Under the pieces are notes generated by a model. The model saw only the letters and a list, made by a program, of their open reading frames with translations. It was not told where the DNA came from and searched no databases. A DNA stretch of 32,000 bases, taken from the NCBI GenBank assembly GCA_009907385.1, contig JAAATR010000117.1:1-32000 (forward strand), read 5' to 3'. Source of the stretch: Atlantibacter hermannii (GTDB lineage: Bacteria; Pseudomonadota; Gammaproteobacteria; Enterobacterales; Enterobacteriaceae). The translations under genes and the position numbers were made by a program. This document shows positions 29,006 to 32,000 of the stretch, piece after piece. Within the stretch, counting starts at the first letter, position 1. Each line of letters opens with the position of its first letter.

Positions 29006-30343
29006 CTACTCTTTAAAATCATTTGCATCGAGTTCATGGCGGGCAAGCAGTTTGTAGAACTCGGTGCGGTTGCGCCCGGCCATCCGTGCGGCGTGGGTCA
29101 CATTGCCTTTAGTGATCTGCAAAATTTTGCGCAGGTAGTTGAGTTCAAACTGGTTACGCGCCTCGACGAAGGTCGGCAGCACCGAGTTTTCCCCTTCCAG
29201 CGCCTGGCCAACCAGCGCTTCGCTGATCACCGGCGCGGAGGTCAGCGCCACGCACTGCTCAATGACGTTCACCAGCTGGCGCACGTTGCCAGGCCAGCTT
29301 GCCGCCATCAGGTATTTCATGGCTTCGGTGGAAAAACGCCGCACGAAAGGTTTGTGGCGATCCGCCGCCTGGCGCAGCAGATGGTTTGCCAGCAGCGGAA
29401 TATCTTCCGCCCGTTCGTTGAGCGCCGGGATTTTCAGGCTGACCACGTTCAGGCGGTAATACAGATCCTCGCGGAATTCGCCGCGCGCCATCGCTTTGGG
29501 AAGATCCCGGTGGGTGGCGGAAATAATCCGCACATCAATATCAATGTCGCGGTTGCTGCCGAGCGGGCGCACCTTACGCTCCTGCAACACGCGCAGCAAT
29601 TTGACCTGCAACGGAATGGGCATATCGCCAATCTCATCAAGAAACAGCGTGCCGCCTTCTGCCGCCTGGAATAGCCCCTCCCGGCTGCTCACCGCGCCGG
29701 TAAAGGCGCCGCGCGCATGGCCAAACAGTTCCGACTCCAGTAACTGCTCCGGCAGCGCCCCGCAGTTAATGGCGATAAAGGCTTTTTTCGCCCGGGGACT
29801 GGCATTATGAATGGCCTGCGCCAGTACCTCTTTCCCCGTCCCGCTCTGACCGTTGATCAGCACGCTGACGTCAGACTGCGCCACCATCCGCGCCTGTTCA
29901 AGCAGGCGCAGCATCATAGGGCTGCGGGTAACAATGGTGTTTTGCCATTCGTCATCGCCGCCGACGCCCTTGTGCGCCAGCGCGTCGTCAATGGCCTGAT
30001 ACAGCGCGTCTTTATCCACCGGCTTGGTGAGAAAACTGAATACGCCCTGCTGGGTTGCCGCTACCGCATCGGGGATCGAGCCGTGAGCGGTAAGAATGAT
30101 CACCGGTAAACCGGGCTGCACTTTCTGGATCTCGCTGAACAGCGCCATGCCGTCCATCTCATCCATGCGCAGGTCGCTGATCACCAGATCGATCTGCTCG
30201 CGGCCCAGCACTTTTAGTCCTTCCGCCCCGCTTTCAGCGGTTTGCACGCTGTAGCCCTCGCTGGTCAGGCGTAAACCTAACAGCTTGAGCAGGCCGGGAT
30301 CGTCATCCACCAGCAGTAAGCGCGCCGGTTTGTGTTGCGTCAT
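29006..30343 (-). CDS. glrR: sigma54-dependent two-component response regulator GlrR (YfhA/QseF)
   Basis: 445 aa. Receiver domain LLLVDDDPGLLKLLGLRLTSEGY, an AAA+ domain with GQSGTGKE and GAFTGA, and a C-terminal Fis-type HTH. Collinear with E. coli GlrR and located upstream of glnB. Confidence 0.95.
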   Translation of the reverse strand: MTQHKPARLLLVDDDPGLLKLLGLRLTSEGYSVQTAESGAEGLKVLGREQIDLVISDLRMDEMDGMALFSEIQKVQPGLPVIILTAHGSIPDAVAATQQGVFSFLTKPVDKDALYQAIDDALAHKGVGGDDEWQNTIVTRSPMMLRLLEQARMVAQSDVSVLINGQSGTGKEVLAQAIHNASPRAKKAFIAINCGALPEQLLESELFGHARGAFTGAVSSREGLFQAAEGGTLFLDEIGDMPIPLQVKLLRVLQERKVRPLGSNRDIDIDVRIISATHRDLPKAMARGEFREDLYYRLNVVSLKIPALNERAEDIPLLANHLLRQAADRHKPFVRRFSTEAMKYLMAASWPGNVRQLVNVIEQCVALTSAPVISEALVGQALEGENSVLPTFVEARNQFELNYLRKILQITKGNVTHAARMAGRNRTEFYKLLARHELDANDFKE

Positions 30344-31089
30344 GGTTTTGCCTCCTGCGTATCAGCGGGGGTGTCCTTATCATCCGATGCCGCTGCCGGA
30401 TGCGTGGCGTCAGGCAGTTCGCCGCCCGACGTTTTGCGTGAAGAGAGCCGGCGTTCAATATCGGTCAGGTTTTCCAGCTTCCGGGTAACCAGCGCCAGCT
30501 GGCTGTGCAGGTGCTGCTGCTGTTCGCGCAGGGTATCCAGTTCGCTATCACTGGTTTGCTGGAGTTTGGCGTAGCGACTGCGCTCTTCAGCCAACTGCAA
30601 CTGTGCAGCCTGGTTTTCTCGCCACACCTGAAACAGCGGACGGATTTGCGCAGGGATATCTGCCGAGAGTTCATCTAAACGGGTCACATAACGACGGCGT
30701 TCACCCGGCGATATTCTGGCGCTGGAAAGCAGAATGCCGCGCTTGAACGTGGCCTGCCAGGTATCGTCCTGTAAAGCACGCGCTTCGGCGCGCGCTTCGG
30801 CAGGTGCGAGACGCTCCGCGCAGTCCATGGCGCGCAGCCAGTACAGCGGATTGCTGTCGCTGTCACGTCCCGACAGCGTCCAGATCTCCTGACACTCTGT
30901 GGCGAGAAAATCCGCCAGCTGGCGCTCAGGATAGTTATGCTGATGTTTGTCTATTTTGCTGTGGATCGCGTCCGGGACGCAGCCGCTGAGCAGCAGAACA
31001 GCCAGCGCGCTGCCTGCCACAGGCCGCAAAAATACGGGGTTCAAAGACGACGCCGCGCGCCGCCATAGCCTGCTAAAAAATAAATTCAT
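30340..31089 (-). CDS. qseG: Outer-membrane lipoprotein QseG (YfhG)
   Basis: 249 aa with lipobox LLLSGC. Conserved blocks NPLYWLRAMDCA, LQLQLAEER.RY.KLQQ.SDSELDTLR and RKLENLTDIER. It overlaps both glrR and glrK by 4 nt. Confidence 0.9.
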   Translation of the reverse strand: MNLFFSRLWRRAASSLNPVFLRPVAGSALAVLLLSGCVPDAIHSKIDKHQHNYPERQLADFLATECQEIWTLSGRDSDSNPLYWLRAMDCAERLAPAEARAEARALQDDTWQATFKRGILLSSARISPGERRRYVTRLDELSADIPAQIRPLFQVWRENQAAQLQLAEERSRYAKLQQTSDSELDTLREQQQHLHSQLALVTRKLENLTDIERRLSSRKTSGGELPDATHPAAASDDKDTPADTQEAKP

Positions 31090-32000
31090 GATGACGATTT
31101 TTCCGGGTCACAGACAGGCAATTCAATGCGGAAACAGACATCGGCGGTGTTATCGTCCACCAGATGAAGTTCTCCATGCATCCGTCGAATACAATCCTGG
31201 GCGATGCTCAGCCCCAGGCCACTGCCTTTAACCGCCCCTTTTCGTTGATGACTTCCCTGAAAGAATGGCTCAAAAATCATGTCGCGTTCAGCCGCGGGGA
31301 TCGGCGTACCGCTGTTGGCGACATCAATCCGCACCCGGTTGCCGACCTGTCGGCTGCGAAGATAAATGTTACCGGATTCGCTCCCATAGTGCACCGCATT
31401 GGAATAGAGATTATCTATTACGCTCATCAATAACATAGGTTCAGCTTGGCAGGCGGCGGCTTCCAGTGCCAGATCGGTGCGCATCATTTTTGCCCGGGCC
31501 GGGAGGCTGTGAGCGGAGATAACCATATCGATTAACGGCTCCAGCTCAACGTTCTCCAGTTCAATCACGCCGTCAGCCAGTTTGCGGTTGTAATCCAGCA
31601 GCTGTTCGATGAGTTTTTGCAGATTACGGCTGCTGGCGTCGAGGATCTGCACCACTTCCTGCTGTTCTGGCGTTAGCGGCCCTACAACCTGATCGGCCAA
31701 CAGCTCGGTGCCTTCACGCAGGCTGGCGAGCGGCGTTTTCAGTTCATGGGAGAGGTGACGCAAAAACTGATGGCGCTGGGATTCCAGCCATGAAAGGCGC
31801 TCGCTCAGCCAGATCACCCGCTGCCCGACGGAACGCAGTTCGCGCGGGCCCCTGAACATCACCGTATCGCCTAACGACTCCCCTTCTCCCAGCCGGTTAA
31901 TCATTCGTTCGATGCCCTTAACCGGGCCGATGATCATGCGGGTAAACAGCATCACCAGACCAAGGCTCACCAGAAACAGGATCATCGCCTGCCAGCCAAA
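31086..32000 (-). CDS. glrK: Sensor histidine kinase GlrK (YfhK/QseE), C-terminal ~305 codons; the 5' end lies beyond the window
   Basis: H-box FLRHLSHELKTPLASL and N/G boxes (NAVHYG, GSGLGLSIA). The frame stays open to position 32000 upstream of the ORF-track Met at 31985. Confidence 0.92.
   Translation of the reverse strand, partial: FGWQAMILFLVSLGLVMLFTRMIIGPVKGIERMINRLGEGESLGDTVMFRGPRELRSVGQRVIWLSERLSWLESQRHQFLRHLSHELKTPLASLREGTELLADQVVGPLTPEQQEVVQILDASSRNLQKLIEQLLDYNRKLADGVIELENVELEPLIDMVISAHSLPARAKMMRTDLALEAAACQAEPMLLMSVIDNLYSNAVHYGSESGNIYLRSRQVGNRVRIDVANSGTPIPAAERDMIFEPFFQGSHQRKGAVKGSGLGLSIAQDCIRRMHGELHLVDDNTADVCFRIELPVCDPEKSSS

Overview
Enterobacteriaceae chromosomal segment. The core proteins are close to their E. 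coli K-12 orthologues as I recall them, and codon usage is GC-rich; I cannot determine the genus by eye. The left ~9.3 kb holds a complete type I-E CRISPR-Cas locus on the minus strand: cas3-cse1-cse2-cas7e-cas5e-cas6e-cas1-cas2-leader-array, with the array running off the left edge. This block is visibly more AT-rich than the rest and ends directly at an intact CueR-type copA promoter, so it looks like a horizontally acquired island. The remaining ~22.7 kb is the conserved housekeeping block copA-ybaP-ybaK-ushA-fsr-ybaL-gsk-hemH-adk-htpG-recR-ybaB-dnaX-apt-ybaN-priC-ybaM. It then switches abruptly, across a 42-bp convergent gap, to glnB-glrR-qseG-glrK (partial), an operon that lies far away on the E. 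coli K-12 map. The -1 frameshift cassettes of dnaX (tau/gamma) and copA (CopA(Z)) are both intact. The most unusual thing I can see is a solitary CRISPR-repeat-like hairpin, inverted relative to the array, lying across the cas3 stop codon in the 84-bp cas3-cse1 spacer. It may be paired with a second, more degenerate hairpin, giving a possible mini-CRISPR, cre-like regulator or Cas6e site. I see no evidence for an additional multi-gene protein-coding system. The many long ORFs antisense to GC-rich genes look like codon-bias artefacts.
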